Assembly: GCA_020536535.1 (NCBI GenBank) | Contig: JAHLWZ010000644.1 | Span: forward strand, 17,917 to 81,916 | DNA: 64,000 nt | Direction: 5' to 3' | Source of the DNA: Pelomyxa schiedti | Taxonomy: Eukaryota; Protista; Evosea | In this document: positions 1 to 12,022 of the stretch, piece by piece | How positions within the stretch are numbered: position 1 is the stretch's first letter | How the letters are laid out: every line of letters starts with the position of its first letter | Notes under the pieces: model-generated | Seen by the model: only the letters and a program-made list of their open reading frames with translations | The model's database searches: none | Told to the model about the DNA's origin: nothing | Position numbers and translations under genes: made by a program

Positions 1-1316
1 TGCATCCAATGAGAGTGTTATTTATGATCCCAAGGGAGCCTTCACCTACTCTCAAGGCTGCCCATTGGAGCGACCATTTTAGGTATCTGATTAGCGGTGA
101 AGGAAGGCATTGACACATTGGCAGAGACTTTGTTGCAAAATGTCTGGTCAAAGATCCTGGACAACGACCAACCACCACACAACTATTAAGCCATCCATTT
201 ATTGCGAAAGTATGAGAAGGTTTTTCCTTCTTTCGGCAAGCTCATTTTTCTAGGCCCCCTCCACAGAGATACTAGTTGATCTCATTGCAAAATGTAAGTC
301 TCTCAAGCATAACAACCAGCCTGAATCCTCTGAAACGTTTGTTCTGCCAAAATTTTTTTTTACACTAATAAATTTCAGGGAAGAAGAAGGTCTATCTTAC
401 GAAGAGAGTCTAAACTTCTGCACTGACGTTTCCCCTGATGGAACATTCCGCATTCATAACCAACCGTCCCCTACTCCTCCTCACGCCTCAGTGGCTCCAG
501 CTAATTCACCACTTTCCATGTCCGGAACTGTAGTTCCTCCCTCGTCACCTCGCCCTCACCATGCTCGCAGTAATAGTGCAACTTCTCTTACATCATCGAC
601 CGGCACTACTGTCCTACGTCACACAACCACCCCACCGTCACCATCAGTTATGCTCCACAACACCTCCACCCCCCTGCATCAGCGTCCCACCACACCCGTT
701 TCACAATCACCATTGACTGCACTGATCACACCGCATGCCCCAGCAACTCCTCAATCTTCTTCCTTACTTGTTGAATCATCCAATCGTTTTGTCTCGACTC
801 CAACACATGCAAATCACCGTACACGTCAGGACCATTCTCTCAGCTCTACACCCTCCAGCTCAAGTGAGAGCAAAAAAGCCATCGAGGCAGTGCTCAAGTT
901 GCACAGCAGGGGTGCAAGTGGTGTGGGTGTATCAGAAAGTGAATCAAGTATCCGCGCTATTTATGATAAAGACTGCACCATCCGAGTGCCCTTCTTGAAC
1001 CTCAGCTACATATCTCCAGATGCAATGCTAACCCCTGATGATAATGACGACTGTGGTGCCACTCTGGTCGAACTATGGTACTCCCTCCTACCCCCGCAAT
1101 ACAAAATTCCCGTAAGATGACCTTTCATTTTGCAGCAGCGGGAAGCCTTTTGTGCAACCGGAATCGCTCTCCCCAACCCTAGGGAACCTCCTCAGCACTC
1201 TTGCCGACCACAAGGCCAAAGAAATAAATGTTCCCATGAATGTCCGCGAGTCTGAGCAGACATCCCGCATTGTATCTGATTTAACCTCCACACTCAAAAC
1301 CATATTCACCCTGTAG
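1..1316 (+). CDS. STE20/MST-like Ser/Thr kinase, 3' part (5' end outside window)
   Basis: Spliced exons give kinase subdomain X-XI (HPMRVLFMIPREPSPT...WSDHFRDFVAKCLVKDPGQRPTTTQLLSHPF), then a long Ser/Thr/Pro-rich tail; stop TAG at 1314-1316. Confidence 0.8.
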
Positions 1317-1463
1317 AAACAACCCGAGCGAATAAAAGAACAACACCCCAGCCCTTCCCGTCTCTTTCTGTTTGAGCTTTTCTTTTTCCTACAGAGAAAA
1401 ACTGTTGTGAGTTTTTCTTCTTGGAATTGTGAAACAACCACTCATAAACCAGTCACTGGCCTG

Positions 1464-3328
1464 ATGGTACGCCAGGCTTTATCGCCTGGAGTATGATAGT
1501 AAAGCCTTCTTTAACACAGCGCAGGGTGGGCAAACATCATCGAGCCGGATACTTGACCTCCAAGAGCCGTGCCCTCCGCTTGCGCGTAGTGTCCCACAAT
1601 TGCAAAATAAATACGCCAAGATCGGGAAAAGAGACGACGTTGCTCTTGCTGATGTTTGTGCCGAGCTTGCGAATCAGGATTGTGCTTGTAGGGAGCTGAC
1701 CCTGGAACTCCCCATTGGAGACAAGGGAGCAGCAAGCATTGCAACAGCACTCGAGTCGAACAAGTCTCTGATGTCTCTCTCTCTACAAGGCGTTTATATA
1801 TATGACCCTGACAAAAAAATCGGGAATGAGGGAGCAACACTCATTGCAAGAGCACTCGAGGCAAACAAGTATTTGGTGTATCTGGAGATAACAGGTATGT
1901 CCTTCAGGCGCTCAATTATATAGCGTTTACGAACCATCCTCCACAAAATGCCTCAGAAAACAAAATTGGGGATGAGGGGGCGGCGAGTATTGCAAGTGCA
2001 CTTGAATCAAACAAGTCTCTAGTTTCTCTGAATCTCGGGGGTATGTTGTACCATCACCCATTCTGCTCCTTTAATTCCAACATGGTTAACACTCCACACA
2101 GACAATAGAATTGGGGATAAGGGAGCAACAAGCATTGCAAGAGCACTCGAATCAAACAAGTCACTGGTGTCTCTAAATCTCAGGCGTATCCACCCCTCCT
2201 CCCCTCCATCATTCTGTTGTGTTCTCTCACTTCTTGATTGATGATTGACGATTGACTCTCCAAAACATCATCCAGGAAATAAAATTGGGAACGAAGGTGC
2301 GAAAAGCATCGCGAGAGCACTTGAATCAAATAAGTCTCTTGTGTCTCTGGATCTCAGCCGTATGTCGTGCCATCGTTCCATTGCCTCCCAATTTATGACT
2401 CCACAATATCATCCAGGCCTCGCCCGGAAGGGGAACAAGATTGGTCCCGAGGGAGCAACGAGTATGGCGAGATCACTTGAATCAAACAATTCACTCGTGT
2501 CTCTTAATCTCGGAGGTATGTGCCAACATGGTGGTTAACCCTCCATGCAAAATCACCCAGGCAATAAAATTGGTCATGAGGGAGCAACAAGTATTGCAAG
2601 AGCACTTGAATCAAACAAGTCTCTAGGTTCTCTGGATATAAGAGGTATCTCCTTTGTAATTGAGAGAGCAAAGCTATGGACCATCCTCCACAAAATGCCT
2701 CAGAAAACGAAATTGGAGATGAGGGAGCAGTGAGTATTGCGAGAGCACTTGAATCAAACAAGTCTTTGGTGTCGCTGAACATACGAGGTATGTCCTACAT
2801 GTACTCAATTGTCAAGTGGTTATGTACCCTCAAAATGCCTCAGAAAACGAAATTGGAGATGAGGGAGCAGTGAGTATTGCAAGAGCACTCGAATCAAACG
2901 CTTCTTTGGCGTGTCTGGATATAGAACGTATGTCCTTCATGCTAAAGTGGTCATTGACCCTCCTCCACAAAATACCTCAGAAAACAAAATTGGAAATGAG
3001 GGAGCGGCAAACATTGGAAGAGCCCTTGAATCAAATAAGTCTCTGGTGTTTCTGCATCACCGCAGTATGTAGTACCATCGTTGCAGCTTTTTTCGGTGAT
3101 CCGCAACTTCACCCAGACAACAAAATTGAGAATGAGAGAGCATCAGATATTGTGAGAGCACTCGAATCAAACAAGTCTCGGGATATCAATTGTATGCAAT
3201 GCAATCGTTCTATTGCGTTTTCCCCCGTTCCAGCATACCCTCCTTTACACATCTGTAGCAACACTGTTCTTGTGGTTTACCTGGGTAATTCATCCTACCT
3301 TGGGTGCTTCCCTTATAGTCTTTCTTGA
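1464..3328 (+). CDS. RNI-like/NLRC3-like leucine-rich repeat protein, predicted N-myristoylated
   Basis: ATG-only first exon (1464-1466) and intron 1467-1524 give MGGQTSS. About 10 repeats of NKIGDEGAxSIARALESNKSLVSLNL. Exons 1957-2040, 2102-2185, 2276-2359, 2561-2644, 2704-2787, 2844-2927 and 2981-3064 are each 84 nt. The 3' end is uncertain and may continue into the next gene. Confidence 0.8.
1895..3191 (+). repeat. Tandem exon+intron repeat (about 140-nt unit) encoding the LRRs
   Basis: Both exons and introns are mutually similar; for example, several introns start gtatgtcc and end (cca)caaaatgcctcag. Confidence 0.9.
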
Positions 3329-3586
3329 AAACGATTCTCTTGCACCTTTCAACAATATTTTCGTGGGTGGTACCAAATGCCCTCATGTTCAGTTGAACTT
3401 TGAGCTATGGTTGCTAAGCTTGGAGCTCTGGTTTGTCCCAGGACTGCCTGAAACTAATCTCTCCGAGACACTATTTGAAAGTCCCTTTGAGATTCTTGAT
3501 CAGGAGAATCGCCGGCCCAGTTAATACATCCATTTTTTTTCTGTCTATTGAATCCTCCCTCTCAAAAAGGGTCTCACCCAAATGCA

Positions 3587-5423
3587 ATGGCCCTTGCCTC
3601 AGGCAAAGAATACTTTGAGAATAACTTCCAAAGCACACTCACAAAAGCAGCACTGCAGTCAGCATCAGTGGTGATGCCACAACCATTAACAAAAACACGG
3701 TCAACCAAAGAAGAAATTCCACAACAGGGACAACCAAATTCCTCCACAACCACGGTTTCGGGACCTATAACGGCCGCACCAATAGCACTCACGTCTTCCT
3801 TGGATACCCCACCAACACCACCAGCACTCCCGTTAAGACCACTATCGCTTGCACCAAAACTGGATTCTGATGCTGTTTCTGCCACCGCTGCTACCACAAG
3901 AACACTTGTGGTGAGCCCTGCTGCAACAACACCCTTTCAAATTCAAGTGGCCAACGCAGAACAAACGTGTTTTTGGCTTGACTCTATTGGTGTGGATGAC
4001 GACTGCCTGAAAATCATCAGAGCGAACAAACTGAGAGGAAGAACACTTGCCAATTACTCTGTGCAACAATTGTGTGACCTTGGCCTGGTCACTGGTGATG
4101 CAGAATTCATTGTCGAGGAGGTGAAACTACATTTGGCAAGATATCTTCAAGAGCAACAACCACAGCAGCAACAGCAACCGTCGACTGTTATTTCCTCCCC
4201 CCTTGAGGGCGGGACAGCAACAGGTGCCAGCAGACAACAGCAACCACCTGGTGGTATGTAGATGAGCAAACCTCTGGGTTTTTTTTTCTTCTAACCACTT
4301 TCTTTTTTTCAGTGGGAGCAGCACCTCTTTTCAGTGCTGGGATGAGCTACAAGTGCTTTGCCTTTGTTGTTGGAAACGAATCATACGGAAGGCGTTCCCT
4401 CAAAAACGCCATCAATGATGCGGAATCTATTTATGAGGTAAGTCTTTCTTTCCTCTTTTTCCATTGTATGACAAACAATCCCTCAGTTCTTGAAGACCAA
4501 ATGCCAATTTGAGGTTGTCTGCCACAAAAACATCCCAAATCTCGAAGTCTTTGATGTAAACTTGCGAAAATTCAAAGAAACACTGATCAAGCAAAAGAGG
4601 GCAGGAAACAAGGTTTGTGTGTTTGTGCGTCTGTGGCGAACTTGTTTGTGTGGGAATTGGCCCGGCAGCCTGATAAGTTTCATCACTATATGATCAGGTT
4701 GCCAGCATATTTTATTTTGCAGGACATGGAAGGCAAGTGGAAGGGCACAACTTCCTGCTGATGACAGATGACGAGACTGCTTTCGAGGAGACCACTTACG
4801 ACCTCATGGAGATCAAAGCACCGATGCTTGGCTCTGTGATTGACGGAATGAAGAGGTACTCTGACCTCACAATCGGCATTCTTGATGCCTGCCGCCAATC
4901 CAATGACAAGACTGCCTTCAAGGTGACGAGATTTGATTTTTCTTATTCCAGCACTAATGATCTCTTGAAATTGGCCAGACACGTGGATCAGACCCGACAA
5001 CCGAACTCCAACTGACGAAAGAAGATTTTCGCGCTGGGTGCATTTTGATTTACCCAACAAGCCCAGGTTTTTCCCCTCTCACCCCATATTATTCAACAGC
5101 CACTCACTTCTGCCACATGGTGCAGGGAGGACAACACTGGATGTTTGCACGCTGCCGAACAGGCAGAACCATGGATTCTTCACTGGTTGCTTCCTCGAAG
5201 GTTGCTTGCTTTGTTTTGCCTCAACTCCTCATTTGCAACCCCACCCCACACCACCTATTCTTACATCACTCATACATGTGCTCTAGTTGTTGAGAATGCA
5301 CAACACGGCACACCGTGGAACGACCTCGAGTCCGCCATTATTCAGATGGTGCAGACGGAATCTCATGACGAACAGACACCATGGGTCTCAAAGAGTTCGG
5401 GACTTCGCTTTGCTCTCTTCTGA
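3587..5423 (+). CDS. SAM-domain + caspase-like (peptidase C14, para/metacaspase-type) protein
   Basis: Low-complexity N-terminus; SAM-like segment EQTCFWLDSIG...LRGRTLANYSVQQLCDLGL; then AFVVGNESY...LKNAINDA, FYFAGHG (catalytic His), ILDACR (catalytic Cys), HGFFT and EQTPWVS. Splices with no internal stops. Confidence 0.85.
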
Positions 5424-5576
5424 GGTCAAGTAAAAGGCCACTGTACCACTGTATGGTGAAAAAGTAGCATCTGTCTGGTACTACAAGGACATAAAGCTGT
5501 CAACTTGGCAACTTACTAAGTTGGACCCTTTTGTGTATTGAATAAAGACAGTGTTCGAGGAATATTTGGACGCGAA

Positions 5577-6824
5577 ATGAAACGCAAGACGGAACGAAAA
5601 GCGACGATTCGCCCAGTGATAGAGGCGCGATCGCAGTTTGTTGGTTTTGCCTGTTCGGGGTTGGACAGGTGCGGCAGAGGGAGCCCGGCGAGGTTGCTGT
5701 CCCACAATGGCGCGTTGCGCGAGCAATTCGGCCGCGAATGGGTCGTTGGTTGCTCCAGGTGGATAGGAACCACCGTCACGCTTCCAATTGTGGGAGGTGA
5801 TGCCCAGGCACCACTAGACGCGAAATCAACAGTCAATTTTCACGTGTTCATGGGCTTGAGCGCAACACTTGGAGTTGTGTCATGCAAGTGTCTTGGGGAG
5901 TCACAGTTCCCCCCGAGGGGTGGCCGTATGTTTGGCAGTGTTCAGGGTTGTGTGGGTGATGACAGGTTTGTGGTGGGATCCTTCTTCGGGGGCTCATGCA
6001 TCGCGAATAGCGAGGGGAAGGTTGTGGCATCGCTGGAAGGTGAGATTGAGTGTGACAGGTTTGGGTTCTGGCTAAGGAACAAGAAGTGGTTTGTGAGGGC
6101 TGAGCCTCATTCAATAGTCTCGAGAGTGATTGTGTGGAGGGTGGACAACAATGGTGCGCCTGTGTCCAGGGGTGTTCGTGTGAAGTGCACTGTGCCACTG
6201 AGTCGTGAGTGTGTGAGAATATCTCCATTTGATCCTTGTGGTGATGAGATTGTTTTCGTTGGCGAGCAGCCAGGTTCGGGTTGGGGTGCTGAGCCTGTGC
6301 CAACAACAATCTCATTTGTTGACCTTGAGAAGAGCATTGAAGCTGGTGTCACGGTGGCGGTCTCCAAGAGGAGCGTGTATCTCCCGCACTCAACCCCTTT
6401 CGACGTGATTTGGGCATCTCCCAGCACAATCCTCGTTCTGTACAGAGTTACCAGCGGCGGCCGCCCCATGTGTGCTGGCTTCAGTGTTCTCAACACTGTG
6501 ACTGGTCAGGTGCGGTCATTCTCTGAAGAGATGTACACCAGCATTTCCACAGTGTGGCCTTCACACATCACTGCCTTGCGTAGACGTCGTGATGGATGGT
6601 GGGACACCTCATCAGTGTGCGAGATCTATTGTGCATCATCAGACTTGAGTCATCCCTCATTCAGTTACGATGTCGACCGGAGAGGCCAACCACAAGGGGA
6701 CCGCGGGGAAATCTACTATTCTTTCCTTCCAGCTCCAACTGTATCATGCCGTGAAGTTTCCATTTGTGATGTCATAACGGGGAGGGATCTGGCAGTTCTT
6801 ACATACAACCATTTAATGAGTTAA
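5577..6824 (+). CDS. Intronless hypothetical protein (beta-rich, probably a lineage-specific expanded family)
   Basis: Single open frame of about 415 codons (ARSQFVGFAC...REWVVG...); no catalytic motif recognised. Confidence 0.65.
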   Translation: MKRKTERKATIRPVIEARSQFVGFACSGLDRCGRGSPARLLSHNGALREQFGREWVVGCSRWIGTTVTLPIVGGDAQAPLDAKSTVNFHVFMGLSATLGVVSCKCLGESQFPPRGGRMFGSVQGCVGDDRFVVGSFFGGSCIANSEGKVVASLEGEIECDRFGFWLRNKKWFVRAEPHSIVSRVIVWRVDNNGAPVSRGVRVKCTVPLSRECVRISPFDPCGDEIVFVGEQPGSGWGAEPVPTTISFVDLEKSIEAGVTVAVSKRSVYLPHSTPFDVIWASPSTILVLYRVTSGGRPMCAGFSVLNTVTGQVRSFSEEMYTSISTVWPSHITALRRRRDGWWDTSSVCEIYCASSDLSHPSFSYDVDRRGQPQGDRGEIYYSFLPAPTVSCREVSICDVITGRDLAVLTYNHLMS

Positions 6825-6911
6825 AAGAATGCCAGACAAAAATCAACAGACCGGCCTGTTTTGTTGTGGATCGTGGTGGTGTGGAGATGCGAAGGGCCAA
6901 TTGATTGTTTT

Positions 6912-9900
6912 TCATGGAAGGACTTTCCCCATAAACACAATAAGGAACACACAGGAGGATAAGGACAACCACACTGTGGGGAAGGATTGAGAAGCTGGGC
7001 ACAGCCACAACTGCCCAGTGTCACACACACCCTCTGGGTGCTCCTCAACATCCGCATTGTTGATATCACACTCCAAACCGTGGTACATTGTGAACGTGAC
7101 TGTTCCCGGTGATGACTCGGAGTTGGTGCACTCAAGCCCCCAGCATTCGGTTGTGGTGCACACACAGTCCCCTCCTTTGTAGAAGTAAACATCCGTGATG
7201 TCTTCATATCCGCATCTGTCATTCGGCGAATAAAGAAGCACTGCACTGTTGGGGGAAATTAAAATCAATCGGGTGCAGAATGGTGAGGGTTATTACACAA
7301 GAAGAGGAAAGCACACACTCACCCTCCAACAAGAGATGTTTCAGTTTTGGATATTGAGGTCCCGTCAAGGCATGTTTGATTTATGTAAGTCCCAGTGTCA
7401 CCAAAAAGGTCACATGTTCCTTCAGCGGAATAGTCACAGAACCGAGTCACTGTGCCAGATGCGTAAAGCGGCTCTCTTGCACAATCTTTTTTTGTTTTCG
7501 TTATTCAATGTTGAATGCCAAAACTGGATTAGCGACGAGTGAGATACAACCAACCTGAGCCGTCAACTAAGATATCCATGTTGAATTTCTCGAGATCGTC
7601 AAAAGCGCCACAAGTCGTGAGTTGATAGTAACGGGTGATGTAAGGATCATCACGAGTATACGGAAACAAATTGCATTGGCTTGCTGTTCCAGACGGTGAA
7701 ACCACGTAGGTGAGGGTTTGCACATCATGCAATGATGGGGGACAAGTTGGAAGATCAAACTGGGCCATCTGTGTGCCTGTGAAACACAGAAAATGCAAAG
7801 GTGGTCATGCTGACAGTGATATGCATTTTACCTGCACGGTTGACCTCTCCATATTGCAATATGAGATAAATGCAGAATTTTCATAGGGAGATAAACAGTC
7901 AAGAGAGTACCAGTTCGTGAAGTTCACTGTTGAGCAGGAGGAACCAGAGTACCATAAAATTTCAACAGGACTAACCACTTTAGTAAGCTGAAAGGTTCGA
8001 TGAAGCTTAGATTTTCTTACTCGGTGGTGAAGTAATCCGTGGAAACTGGATCATCTGTTCCAATATCCCTGCATTCCGCTTCAGTGAAGTAACCATCAAC
8101 AACGGTGCTGTATTCGCAGCAGTAAGGGTTCACATAGACAACAACTCGGTAAATTGGATCTGTTATTGAATTGAAATGAGAAGAGGAATCTCAAGAAAGC
8201 CTTTTTCAAACCGTCTTCCTGATAAAGGTGCTGTTTGAGAACTTGCCATTTCCTGTTTTGAGTCTGACAGTAATACAGGGTTGTGTAGGAATCCGTGTGA
8301 ATCCCCTCGGGTGTTAGCAATTTCGATGTTGAGCTTCCTGAACACGCACTCGTGCTGTATGATAACTCCTTGAAGGAATGAGGGAAAGTAGGGAGTTGAA
8401 AAGGTCTCACGGAAATGGATCCTTCAAAGGAGACTTCATCCGAAAAACAGGAGTGACCATAGCTGGCAGTGCCTGTTTGATGACTGATGCAGTGAGAATT
8501 GTATGCCCAAGTACTATCCCAAACGTCAACTGCGCCTTGCACCTGGGCCACAAATGCACTGCAGAAAAAGAAAAAATGAGCAACAACTCCCAGCAAAAGT
8601 GACTTACTCAGGCCAGAGAGAACAAAGAGCAGGTTCGGAAGTGGTGCAAACAGCAGAATGAACCACGTTCTCAGTGTAATACGTTCCAGGAATGACGTAC
8701 TCCACACAGTTTTCAGACCAGTAGTAGCGCATCTCAGTCATTTTACTTGTGTCGTCACCTGCACAGTGAGGGGTCGGAAATGGGGACTTTCCTTTCAGTT
8801 CACACCGAACACTGAGGGACCGGGGAACGTGTAAATTGATTGCCAAGCGGGATTGGGTGGTGCACATTGAACAGTCATGTATTTTCCTGTCTGGTCAGTG
8901 AAACACCCTTCTTTACTGGCGGATCCAGACTCCAATATTTCTTTTGTGCTACACTCTCCTGTGCAATCATAATAATAACTTTCACGCTCTTCACACTCGT
9001 ATGCCTTATATATGGTTAAAGCACATTTAAGTAACCTTACAAGGGAGGATACATTCACATGTGCATCAGAATCGTCCACATTACAATCCACATAATAACA
9101 AGAATAAGAGGTGAAATCATAGTTATGGCATTCAGGAGAGTAAAAAGACCAACTGTTGGCTGGTTTACTGCAATTAGAGTCCAGATACCGACTGACCGAA
9201 ATTGGACTAACAAATAAAAAGGGGAGAGGAAAAAAGAAATAAGCGAGTAAGTGGTCACATCAGCACATTAGAAAAACGCACTAGTCGATCCCAAGAGAGA
9301 AAGTGGTAAGAGAAGTCAAGCAAGTGTTGTTAATCACGAAATCGGAAGAAGGAGCAACAGTGGTGCAGTACTGAGACCAATACACATCCACAGAAAGCAG
9401 GTGCTCTGTTTGTTGTTATTTCAGCTTTGAGGTTGGTATCGTTTGGCAGAACTTTCATCAAAACGAAACGAAAACAAAAAAGGTGAGGGATAGTGAATCA
9501 TACGCATTGCTACATCGGTGAAGCTCTTTCTGACTTGGAAGGCAGGGTTGGGAAGTTCGCAGTGCAAGTCAAAGAACCCCATGTTGTTGGAACCGGTGGT
9601 GTAGCACCACTCCTGTTCCGTTGCAGTTCCCGGCTGTACTATGTTCTGTGTTGTGCCTTCCGTTTCGCAGGTTGAATCTGTGGAACCACTGGACAGCTGA
9701 ACATAGTGTTCAATTTTGAATCATTTCTCGTGTTATATCCGTAAACATACCAGCAGCCCAGCGGCGCCTGCTGATGACGTGCACTCCATAATGTGATATC
9801 CCTTGGAAGTATCTTGGTCAGCAACGCAATCGCGTGTGGCTGCCAGTCTGTACATCCACGCATGGCTCTCGGAGCATTTGCTGCTTGAGGAACCATACAT

Positions 9901-11590
9901 GTTCGAAAGGATTGCACTGCACAACGAAGTGAGTGAATTGTGATTTTTTTTCTTTGGATAAATAGTCATACTCTTCCCAATAGCCAAACGGATCAGGCAA
10001 GTTGTCCAGGTCTGTACAGAACCAGTTTTGAAAGAGGTCATACTCTGAAGAGCCTCTTGAAACAGTTTTTGTTTCACAATATGATGTATAGTACTGCTCT
10101 ATCATCATCACGCTTGCTGAACGTTCAGTATTATTCAGAAAGGTAAATAATTGCGCAAAAAGAATTGACCTGATGCATCACTTCCAGCGTAATGTTCGAT
10201 TGTTTGATAGCCCTGACTGAAGTGCTCTTGTGATAAAGAAAACCATGTAGCATCAGGAAAGGCAATATAGCACTGTGGAGTGTTCCCAAGACCCTTGCGG
10301 TAGTTAAAGGTTGTGGCACTCCCAGAACAGTCTGGATCTCTGTAATAGTCATAAAACTAAACAATTTTGAGAGGCATGAAAACAGATGAATTTCAGTCTA
10401 CCACTAAAAAGACACCAGTATCCAACACATAGGCTGACGTAGAATCTGATGTTATACAAGTTGAAGCCCATACTTCAGTTGATCTAACTTTTTCACTGCA
10501 GAAGTTGTCATTGTTGGTGAACCATTGTAGAACATAAGGCCTGGATGCAACAAGTTGTGTCAGTGGATGTGACAATAAATCACCATTTACTCCACATACG
10601 GATTTTCTGTGTCCGGAATAAGAGTCCATGGATCTGGTTCAGTCAGTGAGCATGCCCAACTTTCCATCCAGTTTAATCCCTGAATGCAAGAAATCTCCTG
10701 GCAGTCATCTGTGAAGTAATACTCATACCCAAGAGCATCAGTGGCTCCAGAACAATCCAACACTTACGCCATTAAATGTTAATTTGAAGATAACACAGTG
10801 CCTACATTCATGATCCACCGGATAGTATTTTATGACTTGATACGCTGCAAGGTCGGAATCCAACGGTGCAGTGCAATCCACGGTGAAAGATCCAGAATCA
10901 TATTCTAGACTGAAACAATTCCCGTGTTTCACAGCAATGTCTTCTGTCATCACGTCATGCCAGGACAGAGTGGAACATGTGGGAGAGGAGGACTGCTTCT
11001 CCTGAAACCGAACCATCAGACATCAGGAAGATCAGACAGATATCAATTATACCCAGATTTCCCCTCTTGCTTGGCTGCAATTGAAGGACAAATATTGGCC
11101 AGAACTGTAACTGCAACTGCTTGCATCGAAAATTTGGACCATGTACAGGTCTACACCATCACAGTAATCATTCCAGTACTTTACTGTGTGATAACTATAA
11201 TGAACAGTTAGAATTTTGTCTGAAAGGTGTTGTCCCACCTTTCAAAATACGAGTCAATGTCAGGCATTTCACTGTGACAAAACGTCCTGCGATTCCAGTC
11301 TATGTCAGGCCAACAGTCTGAATTTTCCGAGCAATACGAGCCCCACTCAAGTTCCACGTTTGTCAAAGCGCCACATGTGTCCCATCCTTGTAGAAAATTA
11401 CAGGCATTAGAATGGTAGGCGACGGCAACCGCTCAATCATTAACATCTTACTTATGACTCAATTTAATAGTTGTTGTTGTAGCAAGATCACACCTGTTGG
11501 TTCATAATACAGAGTCTCCTGCCATGTTTGAGGGTTGCAAGTAAGCACATGCAGTGCTATTAATATAGCACACGACACACCCGCCTTCAT
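6912..11590 (-). CDS. Large Cys/Tyr-rich repetitive surface protein (signal peptide, C-terminal hydrophobic/GPI-like tail)
   Basis: Starts MKAGVSCAILIALHVLTC; many short exons with recurring YYxxxxC/SC motifs; the splice across about 9210-9280 links both halves in frame; ends PTVWLSLSSCVFLIVFMGKVLP*. Confidence 0.6.
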
Positions 11591-12022
11591 TCTTTGTTTC
11601 AACTACTGACCCCCCCAACTTCCCTTTGTTTTATTTGTCAATAGAAGCGTTATGGACGTTGGGACGTTTATCAAGATTTGCCGATATTTTCCAATCGGTA
11701 AATCATAGCTTCCCTGTGAGACAGGTTCACACAGATTCCTAATCTGCCTAGATCTATTGTTCTGGTGTTCTGCTCACACCAACCTGTGGAGAAATCTTTT
11801 CACACCAACATTAGAACGTGTGGTTGTTTGCCCAGCTGCTGAATGATAAAACTGGGTAAAAACAACCAGTACATCAACAAAATACCCTTTTCCTTGTACG
11901 GTCAGTTCGTGTATTTGACCCCCCTGCATCAAATAATAAAAGAGATCTCTTTTACATCAACACCCATTTTGGAGAAAAAAAAACGAAAAAAAATATTTTC
12001 GTTTGGCTGCAGTGCCCGGACG

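Noticed and set aside
1895-3191. Regularly spaced repeats as a CRISPR-like array
   Set aside because: The repeats are 84-nt coding exons and the spacers are homologous GT-AG introns; no cas genes.
9005-9052. Possible U12-type intron (GTATCCTC donor, GCTTTAAC near the 3' end, minus strand)
   Set aside because: Single imperfect match among many degenerate donors; not distinguishable from chance.
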